Virus record (IMG/VR): IMGVR_UViG_3300035208_002115
Length of the DNA stretch: 64,000 nucleotides
Direction: 5' to 3' (one strand)
DNA from: a virus
Lineage: Duplodnaviria; Caudoviricetes
This document shows, piece by piece, positions 31,908-40,462 of this stretch. Position 1 is the stretch's first letter; each line of letters begins with the position of its first letter. The notes beneath the pieces were generated by a model. It was not told the DNA's origin. It ran no database searches and saw only the letters and a program-made list of their open reading frames with translations. The position numbers were made by a program, and so were the translations under genes.

Positions 31908-32148
31908 AAAAATAAAGAACTTGAAATTAACATCCAAGGTGGTTTCAGTTAAAACAAGATGTATTAATGCTACAATAACACCTGAAATTATAACTGATTT
32001 ACAATCATTGGTTTTTAAATCGGAATGGATTCATGAAGATTTATTACATATTTTACGAGAAGAAGAACGCCAAAGAAAAAGGAAAGAACGTCAAGAAAAA
32101 TTAAAAAATATATTTGATGATGAAAACGATGGTATTTGGGACGTTTGA
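31900..32148 (+). CDS. small tagged protein with gp23-like fragment
   Basis: LTSKVVSVKTRCINATITPEIITDL plus ERQEKLKNIF. Confidence 0.7.
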   Translation: MTKKIKNLKLTSKVVSVKTRCINATITPEIITDLQSLVFKSEWIHEDLLHILREEERQRKRKERQEKLKNIFDDENDGIWDV

Positions 32149-32302
32149 TTTAGTGTCATCACCATCACATAGTAATAGTAGAATATATCCGAAAGATGTG
32201 TTTTTGAAGCATATAGAAGAATTAAATAGGCGCATTAATAGAGAGCAACGTAAAGAAAAAATTATTCAAATATTTGGCGATGAATTATTCGAAGGATGTT
32301 AA
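32114..32302 (+). CDS. small tagged protein with prohead-protease-like fragments
   Basis: TFDLVSSPS and NSRIYPKDVFLKHIEEL plus QRKEKIIQIF. Confidence 0.72.
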   Translation: MMMKTMVFGTFDLVSSPSHSNSRIYPKDVFLKHIEELNRRINREQRKEKIIQIFGDELFEGC

Positions 32303-32450
32303 AGATGAAGATATAATTTTAAGTGGTGATTATGTAACTTATCAAGACCATAAATTTGTTGTAGACAATGTTAATTATACACCCCGTCAGAGAAAAATTT
32401 TGATAAGAAAAATGAAGTTGAATAAAATTTTTGGTTATGAATTTAAATGA
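32280..32450 (+). CDS. small tagged protein (56 aa, not in ORF track)
   Basis: MNYSKDV...IRKMKLNKIFGYEFK. Confidence 0.65.
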   Translation: MNYSKDVKDEDIILSGDYVTYQDHKFVVDNVNYTPRQRKILIRKMKLNKIFGYEFK

Positions 32451-32601
32451 AAGTAAAATCGAGTTGTTAATGGACTTGCAGCGATACTGTGGTTTCGAGG
32501 TGAATTTTATATTAAATCAACTTGGGTTAGTTTCACCAGAAGAAAAACGCTTTGAACGTAAAGAAAAACTTAAAGAAATATTTGGAAATGATTTTCAATA
32601 A
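32437..32601 (+). CDS. small tagged protein (54 aa, not in ORF track)
   Basis: MNLNESKIELLMDLQRYCGF...ERKEKLKEIFGNDFQ. Confidence 0.68.
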   Translation: MNLNESKIELLMDLQRYCGFEVNFILNQLGLVSPEEKRFERKEKLKEIFGNDFQ

Positions 32602-32788
32602 AAAGGAATATGTTACAAGAGAGGAATACGAAAATTTATATGAACGACTTGAACAATGTATATCATATTCTGAACATCTTGCAAAAGCAATTAATGTGTT
32701 ATATAAATCATTTGAAAGTATATTACCGCCAGAAAGACTTAAAATATTAAGAAAATCAAAAATAGAAGAAATATTTGATGCCGAATAG
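32588..32788 (+). CDS. small tagged protein with scaffold-repeat-like fragment
   Basis: LEQCISYSEHLAKAI plus LRKSKIEEIF. Confidence 0.7.
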   Translation: MIFNKKEYVTREEYENLYERLEQCISYSEHLAKAINVLYKSFESILPPERLKILRKSKIEEIFDAE

Positions 32789-33032
32789 TGGAATAACAAT
32801 ATGGGGCAATAACACACTCACTCAAATAAGTGATTTATCGGATTATGGTTGTAATATGGAAACATATTTGACTGATATATTGACTGAAGAATTATCAAAA
32901 GAAATTGATAAACAAATTATTGAAACCCTGATGAACGACCCCATATGGAAAGAAGAACGAGCAAGGATAATATTACGAGAAGAAAGAAATAAAAAAATTC
33001 AAGAAATCTTTGGTGATGATTTTACTGTGTAA
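32778..33032 (+). CDS. small tagged protein with sheath-like and gp23-like fragments
   Basis: GITIWGNNTL; LTDILTEELSKEIDKQII; ERNKKIQEIF. Confidence 0.72.
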   Translation: MPNSGITIWGNNTLTQISDLSDYGCNMETYLTDILTEELSKEIDKQIIETLMNDPIWKEERARIILREERNKKIQEIFGDDFTV

Positions 33033-33036
33033 TTTT

Positions 33037-33504
33037 TTATTTAAATTTGTTAAATAATTTCTTAATAAGTGGTAAGTCATACCATTTTTCAACACCGTTT
33101 GGTGCTTCAGCATCATAATGTTTTCCGTTATAATATATCCACACATGATTTATCTCATCATTAACTTTATTAATATTAACTGGTGGATAACCCCAGTAAT
33201 CGAGCATGTTTTTACCCCAAATCCCATATTCGGTTTCAATAATATTATCCCAATTTTCTTTAGCGAATTCGGGGTCTCTATAATTAAAAAACATATCACC
33301 ACTTAATTCGAAAAGTGTTTTTGTATAACCACCCATTTTATTGATAATTTCACCTGCGAAATCATCACACATTCCATTATTTATATCCCAATTTGTACAA
33401 CTATTTTCTTCTCGGTATTCTTTAGATGTTTGTTTTATAAGTTTGGTTATATCAGGTGAAACATTTTCATTTAAAAAATCATTGAAATTGGTTTTAATAA
33501 ACAT
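33037..33504 (-). CDS. putative internal head protein with Cys-His-Asp (transglutaminase/papain-like) triad
   Basis: NFNDFLNE leader; NGMCDDFA, HVWI, YDAE. Confidence 0.55.
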   Translation of the reverse strand: MFIKTNFNDFLNENVSPDITKLIKQTSKEYREENSCTNWDINNGMCDDFAGEIINKMGGYTKTLFELSGDMFFNYRDPEFAKENWDNIIETEYGIWGKNMLDYWGYPPVNINKVNDEINHVWIYYNGKHYDAEAPNGVEKWYDLPLIKKLFNKFK

Positions 33505-33563
33505 ATCTCTTAAATATTTTTTATTATATATTAAAATTTTGAAATTATAATTAACTTTGTAAT

Positions 33564-33758
33564 ATGAATATATTAGAGCAACAATCTTTAGGTCGTGTAA
33601 TAAGAACCCAGAAAAAAATAATAATTAATAGTGTATATGGTGGTTCATCTATGAAATACCCAGTATCTATTACAATGGTGTTTCCACGCAAAAGCTATAC
33701 GAGAAAACTAAAATTAGAAAAAATATTTCCAGAGTTTAAAAATGAAAAACACAAATAG
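33564..33758 (+). CDS. small tagged protein with helicase motif VI-like and PolB motif B-like fragments
   Basis: QSLGRVIR; KIIINSVYG; TRKLKLEKIF. Confidence 0.72.
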   Translation: MNILEQQSLGRVIRTQKKIIINSVYGGSSMKYPVSITMVFPRKSYTRKLKLEKIFPEFKNEKHK

Positions 33759-33891
33759 CAATAAAATAGTTGAATTATATTTAGAATTTAAACAAAAACA
33801 TCCAGAATATTTTAATTATTTAATGGGATTAATTAAACGGAATGAACGTAGTGATAAGTTAAAAGAAATATTTGATGATAAATTAAAATAA
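33742..33891 (+). CDS. small tagged protein (49 aa, not in ORF track)
   Basis: MKNTNS...ERSDKLKEIFDDKLK. Confidence 0.62.
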   Translation: MKNTNSNKIVELYLEFKQKHPEYFNYLMGLIKRNERSDKLKEIFDDKLK

Positions 33892-33919
33892 AAAAAGGAG
33901 AACAAATGTTCTCCTTTTT
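33892..33919. terminator. bidirectional terminator between convergent units
   Basis: AAAAAGGAGAACA-AA-TGTTCTCCTTTTT. Confidence 0.85.
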
Positions 33920-33939
33920 CTTATTTTGAATATTAAAGA

Positions 33940-35577
33940 TTAGATTAATACACCATTAGTGTCAGTTACGTGGATAGCCATGAATTGTTTTTCTGGGAAG
34001 AAACCAATATCAGCGATAGCATAACGGCTACGAATCATCATTCTTGGAGCCCAGGTTGCTTCAGAGATTAAGCTGATGCTTTGAGCCATCAAGTAAGGAA
34101 GGAAGATAAGACCGGGTTGGTCTACTGAGTTCTTACGTCCTAAGAAGACACGGTTGTCATTCCATGTTTGATAAGGGTCAACATAGATAGCTATTTGTCC
34201 AAGGTTACCCATTGGATAAAGCTGACCATTAGTGTTCAATTTTGACATTGCAGGTGGGTTAAGGGTGTAAGTTGATACATCCTGTAAAACAGAAGCAATA
34301 TTACCATTAGTAACAAGGTACTGAGCTGGGCCAACCCTACCATCAGTAGCGATGAAGCTAGATGCATTGTTGATTTTAGCAACAAGTTTTCTCTGAACTG
34401 AGTGAGTAGTTTCACCACCAGGAGCAACACCACCAAGATAAGCAGTAACATCGAAGTCAAACTTAGCTGTTGGTACAGTAACTCTGGTTCTTGCCAATTC
34501 AGCAAGTTCAGTAATTTTAGCAACAATCTGTTTAGAAATAGTCTGAGTTAACTCATTGATTAAAACAGATTCTAATTTCTGAACGATGTCCATACCAGTA
34601 GATGCTTTTATATCTTCAATCTGAGTACGTTTTAAAGCACTTGTGATTTCGATATCACCAACCTGTACGGTTTTGGTGCTTACATCTGGGCCAATTACAC
34701 CGGGATATGTATGTTCGTCTGTGTCACGGTTCATACCTGTGTTTAAATTCCAACCAGCAACGAAACCCGGAATGTGGTCTTCCATTAATGATACTAAGTC
34801 AACATTAGCTTCAGTCAATCCTGTTAATGCTGATAATGCATCAGCAACAACAACATCCCAACCAAATGTATTTTTAGTAGCATCGAAAATAGGTTCAACA
34901 CCACCTAATTGAGGAACTGCAACCTGACGGAATGTACGAAACATTGGAAGTCCGTCAACTTTTGAAAATCCAAGAAATTCAAGGATGCCAGTTTTTGTAG
35001 CAGGTTCAACATCATATGTAGCTGTGTTAGCAGCATAGTTGTAGAACATACGAGCAGTCATACCACCAATTCTTTCGATGATAGCACCTGCTGGACGAGC
35101 AGCCATTTGACCTCTAAGAGCAGCAGCTAAAATAGCAGTTTCAGTAGAATCATTTCCAGCAACTTTGAAAACCAAAGGTTTATCAAGTGATTCGTCATTA
35201 TTATTATCGTATTTGAAATCTACGAACAATAAATCAATTTTAGGTGAAGCAGTAGGTTTAACAGCTATTAAATCAAGACCAATAGTCTGAGCTGCGATTT
35301 TCATAGAAACAGGAAGTAAATTCTGTCCAATATCACCAGAACCATCAGTTCCACCACCCCATACCTGACCGGGTACGTTAGATGGCTGTGGACTTACAAT
35401 AGCACCCATACCATTTAAGTTACCAAGTGTTGAGTAACCAACGTTTTCATTCATCTGATGCATTTCTGCATATTCAGAAAGCCATGCTCTTTTGTCAGGG
35501 TCTTTAATACCAAGTTCTTCTAAAACTGGTAACCATTTTTTTTCAGCTTTCGCTATATCAACATTATAATTTAACAT
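33940..35577 (-). CDS. major capsid protein (T4 gp23-like)
   Basis: KKWLPVLE N-terminus, AQTIGLDLIAVKP, IYVDPY, FLPY, PRMMIRSRYA; ATG at 35577 lies downstream of the late motif. Confidence 0.93.
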   Translation of the reverse strand: MLNYNVDIAKAEKKWLPVLEELGIKDPDKRAWLSEYAEMHQMNENVGYSTLGNLNGMGAIVSPQPSNVPGQVWGGGTDGSGDIGQNLLPVSMKIAAQTIGLDLIAVKPTASPKIDLLFVDFKYDNNNDESLDKPLVFKVAGNDSTETAILAAALRGQMAARPAGAIIERIGGMTARMFYNYAANTATYDVEPATKTGILEFLGFSKVDGLPMFRTFRQVAVPQLGGVEPIFDATKNTFGWDVVVADALSALTGLTEANVDLVSLMEDHIPGFVAGWNLNTGMNRDTDEHTYPGVIGPDVSTKTVQVGDIEITSALKRTQIEDIKASTGMDIVQKLESVLINELTQTISKQIVAKITELAELARTRVTVPTAKFDFDVTAYLGGVAPGGETTHSVQRKLVAKINNASSFIATDGRVGPAQYLVTNGNIASVLQDVSTYTLNPPAMSKLNTNGQLYPMGNLGQIAIYVDPYQTWNDNRVFLGRKNSVDQPGLIFLPYLMAQSISLISEATWAPRMMIRSRYAIADIGFFPEKQFMAIHVTDTNGVLI

Positions 35578-35653
35578 AATATTTTTAATTTTTTTTTTGT
35601 CTTTTGTAGTCTTATATATTATCGCTAAAAAGCGACTTTTTTCCATATTTAGA

Positions 35654-38059
35654 CTATTTCAAGTTTTTAAACACTGAGATGTATCGGTTGACAGCATCTT
35701 CAGTCAATTTCTCGTTATCCACGAACTTTACGTTTTCGTTCATGACTTTTTTTTCATTTACACTAACTAACCTTTCTATTCCTCTACTATTCCAGAAACT
35801 TTCGAATTTTGCATCTGAGTTCAGATTGTAAAGTTTAGACTGTGCGATAATGCTATTTTGTGTTTTAGCATCCAATTGTTCCCAAACAGGTTTTAAATCG
35901 CTTGGTATTTTTTCAACTAATACTTCTGCAAAAGATTTTTTGCTTTCAGTAAGTGCATCACGAATAATTCTTAAAACATCAGCTTCAGAAGTGTATTTGC
36001 TTTCGTTCATAGCAACTTTTATTTTTTCCTTATCTTCTGATGAAAGAGCTATCCAATCAGCTTTTCTTGCTTCACTCAAAAACAATAAAAAGTGAGGCTG
36101 TTCTTCTTCTGAAGCTTTACGTTTTTTACTTTCAGAAATTAGACTTTTAATATTATTTAATAAATCCTCTTGGTCTTTAATTACTTTATCACCAATGAAT
36201 TTTACTCTTGATTCTTGTACTTCTTGTACTTCTTCAACGTCATCCATTTTTACAACTACGATACCGTTTTGGACATTTGTGGCAATAACTTCACCAGTTT
36301 TGTCGTCATCGACTTTAACTATCATACCCGGTAATATCATACCTGCTACGTTTTCACCATCTTGAACCTGTGTTTGTGCTTGTGGGTCTTGAACCTGTGT
36401 TTGTGCTTGTGGTTCTTGAACCTGTGGTTCTTCCTGAGTCTGTACATCAGTTTCAGTGTCAGTTGTAATGTTAAGTTGTCCAGCATCACCAGTAGCATCA
36501 GCAGCAGCATCACCAGCAACCAAAGGCTGTTCTGTAATACCATCTTCTACTTGTACGGGTTCTTCGCTTGTTTCATCTTCATAATAAGAATCAACGTTGT
36601 CAACTTTCATATTACCCATTCTCTGTTCAGGTGAATCAACATTTTCGTTTATTTTTCCACCTTTAATTTGTTCAGAAATATATTTTTGATATTCAATATT
36701 TTTATCTAAAGATTCAGCAATATAATTTGTGTATGCCTGAGTATCAGTTAAATTTTCAGCAATATATTCAGCATATGCAATTGAATTATCAAGATGTTCA
36801 GCTACGTATTCGCTATAACGAATAGAGTTATCAACGTTTTCAGCAAGATATTCTGAGTATGCGATTGAGTTATCAACGTTTTCAGCAAGATATTCTGAGT
36901 ATGCGATTGAGTTATCAACGTTTTCAGCAAGATATTCTGAATATTCAATATTTTTATCAAGATTTTCAGCAAGATATTCTGAATATACAATAGCATTGTC
37001 AAGGTTTTCACCTAAATAATCAGCAAATTGAATGGTTTTATCAACATGTTCAGCAATATATTCTGAGAAATCAATACTATTACTCAATGTTTCAGCTATA
37101 TACTGGCTATAATTAATACTATCATCTAACTTTTCAGCTAAGTATTTAGAATAATCAATAGATTTGTTAAGATTTTCAGCTAAATAATCATTATGTTTAA
37201 CAAGATTATCAGTTGTAGTTTTTAACGTTTTGTTTTCGTTTACAAGAATTTGAATATTTTCAGCTAAATAATCTAAATAACTTGCCACTTTTGTGAAAGA
37301 TGAATTTAGATTAGCATAATACTCAGATAATTCTTCAACTTTTTCGGGAGATTCCTTACCTTCTTTGATGGTTTTTTCAAGTTCTTCTTTTATTTTACTC
37401 ATTTCCCCAGTTAAATAGGTAGAGTATTCTTCCATCTGTGTTTTTGTTACAGCATCATTATTGTTCATAGTAAATAATTCATTTATTTTTGTTTCATCGT
37501 CAACGGGAAAAATTCTAAAATTTGCATTTTCATTTGTATACCCTAACGATTCATTTAAAGACATTTTTGCAGAAGCAAATCCCGGGTCAGCAACGGCATC
37601 ATAAGTAAAAAGTTTTTTAATTGTAACTTCACCATTAGATTCGGTCACACCTGCTGCACGAGATGATACAAAAAGAGGGCATTCATCCTCGACTAAAGCT
37701 CTGGCTTCTTTACCCCATTGTGTGGTCAATAATCTTATTGAACCTTCTATAATATTTTTTTCTTGATTAAATGTAGCACTCTCAACTGTGTGTGAGACTC
37801 TGCGTAAAGACGTATCGAAAACATCAGGATGGTCGAATTCACCATATATAACTCCTAATTGTTTTTTTCTTGCCAATAATTCATTAAGATGTGGTAGAAA
37901 TTTGTCTGCGGTATAGATTCTTTCATTACGATTTTTTATATTAAATTCAGTAAATGTTCCAGATAATATAAATTTTTTAGTTGAAAGCGAAGCTTGTTCG
38001 TTAATCATTAATCCACTATTACAATGTTCCACAATCAAAATAGGTTTGAGTTTTTCCAT
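35654..38059 (-). CDS. prohead protease (gp21-like) fused to a scaffold/core domain
   Basis: NRNERIY, GEFDHP, VSSRAAG, YDAVADPG, then 14-aa coiled repeats and an acidic linker. Confidence 0.9.
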   Translation of the reverse strand: MEKLKPILIVEHCNSGLMINEQASLSTKKFILSGTFTEFNIKNRNERIYTADKFLPHLNELLARKKQLGVIYGEFDHPDVFDTSLRRVSHTVESATFNQEKNIIEGSIRLLTTQWGKEARALVEDECPLFVSSRAAGVTESNGEVTIKKLFTYDAVADPGFASAKMSLNESLGYTNENANFRIFPVDDETKINELFTMNNNDAVTKTQMEEYSTYLTGEMSKIKEELEKTIKEGKESPEKVEELSEYYANLNSSFTKVASYLDYLAENIQILVNENKTLKTTTDNLVKHNDYLAENLNKSIDYSKYLAEKLDDSINYSQYIAETLSNSIDFSEYIAEHVDKTIQFADYLGENLDNAIVYSEYLAENLDKNIEYSEYLAENVDNSIAYSEYLAENVDNSIAYSEYLAENVDNSIRYSEYVAEHLDNSIAYAEYIAENLTDTQAYTNYIAESLDKNIEYQKYISEQIKGGKINENVDSPEQRMGNMKVDNVDSYYEDETSEEPVQVEDGITEQPLVAGDAAADATGDAGQLNITTDTETDVQTQEEPQVQEPQAQTQVQDPQAQTQVQDGENVAGMILPGMIVKVDDDKTGEVIATNVQNGIVVVKMDDVEEVQEVQESRVKFIGDKVIKDQEDLLNNIKSLISESKKRKASEEEQPHFLLFLSEARKADWIALSSEDKEKIKVAMNESKYTSEADVLRIIRDALTESKKSFAEVLVEKIPSDLKPVWEQLDAKTQNSIIAQSKLYNLNSDAKFESFWNSRGIERLVSVNEKKVMNENVKFVDNEKLTEDAVNRYISVFKNLK
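36700..37280 (-). repeat. 42-bp (14-aa) tandem repeats YSEYLAENVDNSIA in the scaffold region; boundaries approximate
   Basis: More than 10 degenerate copies; near-identical at DNA level around 36826-36940. Confidence 0.88.
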
Positions 38060-38224
38060 AGAATGATATACTTATTTTTTTTGTAGTTTTGTAAGTATAT
38101 ATTTTATTCGAAAAGCGTTATTTTTCTATTTTGATAATAATGTAATATTGACTTTAAATAAACCAGTTTGATTTAAATGATATTTTTTAAATTTTTTTAA
38201 TATATATTAAAAAAAATAAAAGGT

Positions 38225-38482
38225 ATGATGCATATTAAATTATTCGAAGAATATCATAATGGCGTTAATTTGCTTGTGAAATTTCATGATTATGATATTT
38301 ACATCAAAGCAGTTGAATATTTCAAAACAAAAAGTGATTTTATGCCTGATGATTATAATTCTGAATTTAGAAGTATTTCATTCTTTTGCACAGACCAAGA
38401 AGATGCTGATACGACAGAAATTGTTATAAGTGAAGCATTAGACAATGAAGGTATCAATGGATATTATTTTGAATCTGAATAA
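38225..38482 (+). CDS. putative internal head protein
   Basis: HIKLFEEY leader; late motif at 38198. Confidence 0.55.
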   Translation: MMHIKLFEEYHNGVNLLVKFHDYDIYIKAVEYFKTKSDFMPDDYNSEFRSISFFCTDQEDADTTEIVISEALDNEGINGYYFESE

Positions 38483-38669
38483 AAATTTATAAATTCATTA
38501 GAAAGAGGAATTTTTTTTTCATTAACATATAAAAACCCCTCTTTATATTTTATTTCCTCGTAACTGAAATATTTTGTATCACGAAGTCCATTTATTCCTA
38601 AACTTTTAACCAACTCAATATTATCTTTATTGATAATATATACTAACCTAATTTCCATCATATGTATTG

Positions 38670-40457
38670 TTAGAATTGAGCTTCACCACCGCCTTGGGCT
38701 GCTCCACCACCTTGGGCTGCTCCACCACCAGTTTCACCACCACCTTGGGCTGCTCCACCACCAGTTTCACCACCACCTAATTCAGTCTGTGCGCCAGCAG
38801 CTTGTGAACCAAATTCACCACCACCGCCAGCTCCACCACCTAAATCAGCTCCACTTGTAACACCCATATCACTTCCACCACCTGCTCCACCTGCTCCACC
38901 TTCACCAGCAGGGGCAGATTTACCAGCTATAATAGGCATATATTTATACTTATTATTTTCTTGTATATCTTTTTCACTCAACATCATAATATTTCTGGCT
39001 AACCATTCTGGGTGAAAATATGAATTACCTTCTATATCTGTAAAATTTGATGTTAATGTTGAAACTATTTCAGCACGTTTAGCTAAATTGTTTAACCGTT
39101 TCCATTCTTCAAATAATTCGTCTTTATTAAAATTTAATTTCAAAGAAGAATTAAATACATTATCATTTTCCAATTCTGGAAAATCTAATATCATTTGAAT
39201 TTTAATCGGTTTAATTAATAATTCTTTAAAAACGGTTCTCGAACGATTAACATAATTTTTAAATTTAATTTCTTCTCTTGTTATATCAGATGCATCGGCA
39301 GAATAAATACTTCCACCACCAGATTCTGAATCAAATCTTGATAATGGTAATCTTGATGACCTTTTAAGGTTATTAGAAAACCATTGTAAAACAACATCTT
39401 CATTCAAGTTAACACCATCTGGTGATGTGACCTCAACTGTTGGTGATGTTCCCTCAGATGAAGGAAACCAGAAATCTTTTGAGTGAGGAATATTAGCACT
39501 ACCATTAATTTTAACTGTACCAAGTCTATCATCCCACTGAACATCTTCATGGTATTCACTCATCAACTGAAATATTTGTTGTTCAGCTTGCGCTCTGGTT
39601 AAACCATCAGTAGGTATAATAAATTTTTTATAAATAGCTGCTTGGTTAATATTATATAAAAGTTTTGTTTGTTCTAATAATTTTAGTTGATTATAAGGTC
39701 TAATTAAACTTTCAACATAAGAAGTTTCATTATAATCATTATTATTAGAATATGATATATAAATAATATTTGTATCTAATATAATTCTTCTTAATTGCGG
39801 ATTGTCTGGATTTTGTACCCAAACAATTGTCCCAGTAGTAGGTTCGGTTGCAACTACTATTGTGATAGGGTCAATTTTATTTAAAGAAATAATGTTTTTT
39901 TGTTTATTATCATAAACAACTTCAAACACTATATATCCATCAATAAGTAAATCCCTAAAATAGTTCCATGCCAATGCACCATCAGCGAATCCGAATAAAT
40001 GATAAAGTCTTTTAAAATTTTCATGTAATTTATCACGTATTTGAGATGAAAAATCATCTGGAAGGTCATTCATATATGCAAAAAAGTTGTCCGAATTGTA
40101 AATGATGGCTTCATCTGCCATTTGATTTAAAAAATCACGGATTTCTTCTTTAATAGAATATTGTCTTAATATTTTTCTTTTATCGAAATATGAACGGTCA
40201 AGATATGCTATTGATTTTTTTTCAAGCATTTTTGATATAATTCGCTTGGTGAATATATCATACATACCCGGCCCTTCAGTTACATTTCCTACATTTGAGG
40301 GGTCGCTTGGGTTTTCAGCAAAACCAATTAATTGAGTATTTCTAATAACTTGGTCTTGCCAGTTTTGTCCAAAACTGGATAATCGTCTTAATGTTCGATT
40401 AAAAAACCCACCTGAATAAATTCCATTATTTGCACCTGTATTATCGTAACCTGCCAC
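38670..40457 (-). CDS. portal protein (T4 gp20-like) with Gly-rich C-terminal tail
   Basis: FRDLLIDG, SYVESLIRPYNQLKLLE, DFWFP, LPLSRF, ITREEIKF; GTG start. Confidence 0.92.
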   Translation of the reverse strand: MAGYDNTGANNGIYSGGFFNRTLRRLSSFGQNWQDQVIRNTQLIGFAENPSDPSNVGNVTEGPGMYDIFTKRIISKMLEKKSIAYLDRSYFDKRKILRQYSIKEEIRDFLNQMADEAIIYNSDNFFAYMNDLPDDFSSQIRDKLHENFKRLYHLFGFADGALAWNYFRDLLIDGYIVFEVVYDNKQKNIISLNKIDPITIVVATEPTTGTIVWVQNPDNPQLRRIILDTNIIYISYSNNNDYNETSYVESLIRPYNQLKLLEQTKLLYNINQAAIYKKFIIPTDGLTRAQAEQQIFQLMSEYHEDVQWDDRLGTVKINGSANIPHSKDFWFPSSEGTSPTVEVTSPDGVNLNEDVVLQWFSNNLKRSSRLPLSRFDSESGGGSIYSADASDITREEIKFKNYVNRSRTVFKELLIKPIKIQMILDFPELENDNVFNSSLKLNFNKDELFEEWKRLNNLAKRAEIVSTLTSNFTDIEGNSYFHPEWLARNIMMLSEKDIQENNKYKYMPIIAGKSAPAGEGGAGGAGGGSDMGVTSGADLGGGAGGGGEFGSQAAGAQTELGGGETGGGAAQGGGETGGGAAQGGGAAQGGGEAQF

Positions 40458-40462
40458 GTTTA

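Noticed and set aside
32437-32601. Portal C-terminal-like fragment (KIELLMDLQRYCGFEVNFIL) in this tagged ORF
   Set aside because: Resemblance is too weak to assert by eye; left unassigned.
35578-35646. N-terminal extension of the capsid ORF in the track
   Set aside because: It overlaps the late promoter element, so the real start is probably 35577.
38683-38910. GC-rich repeats CCACCACC/GCTCCACC
   Set aside because: They simply encode the Gly/Ala-rich portal tail.
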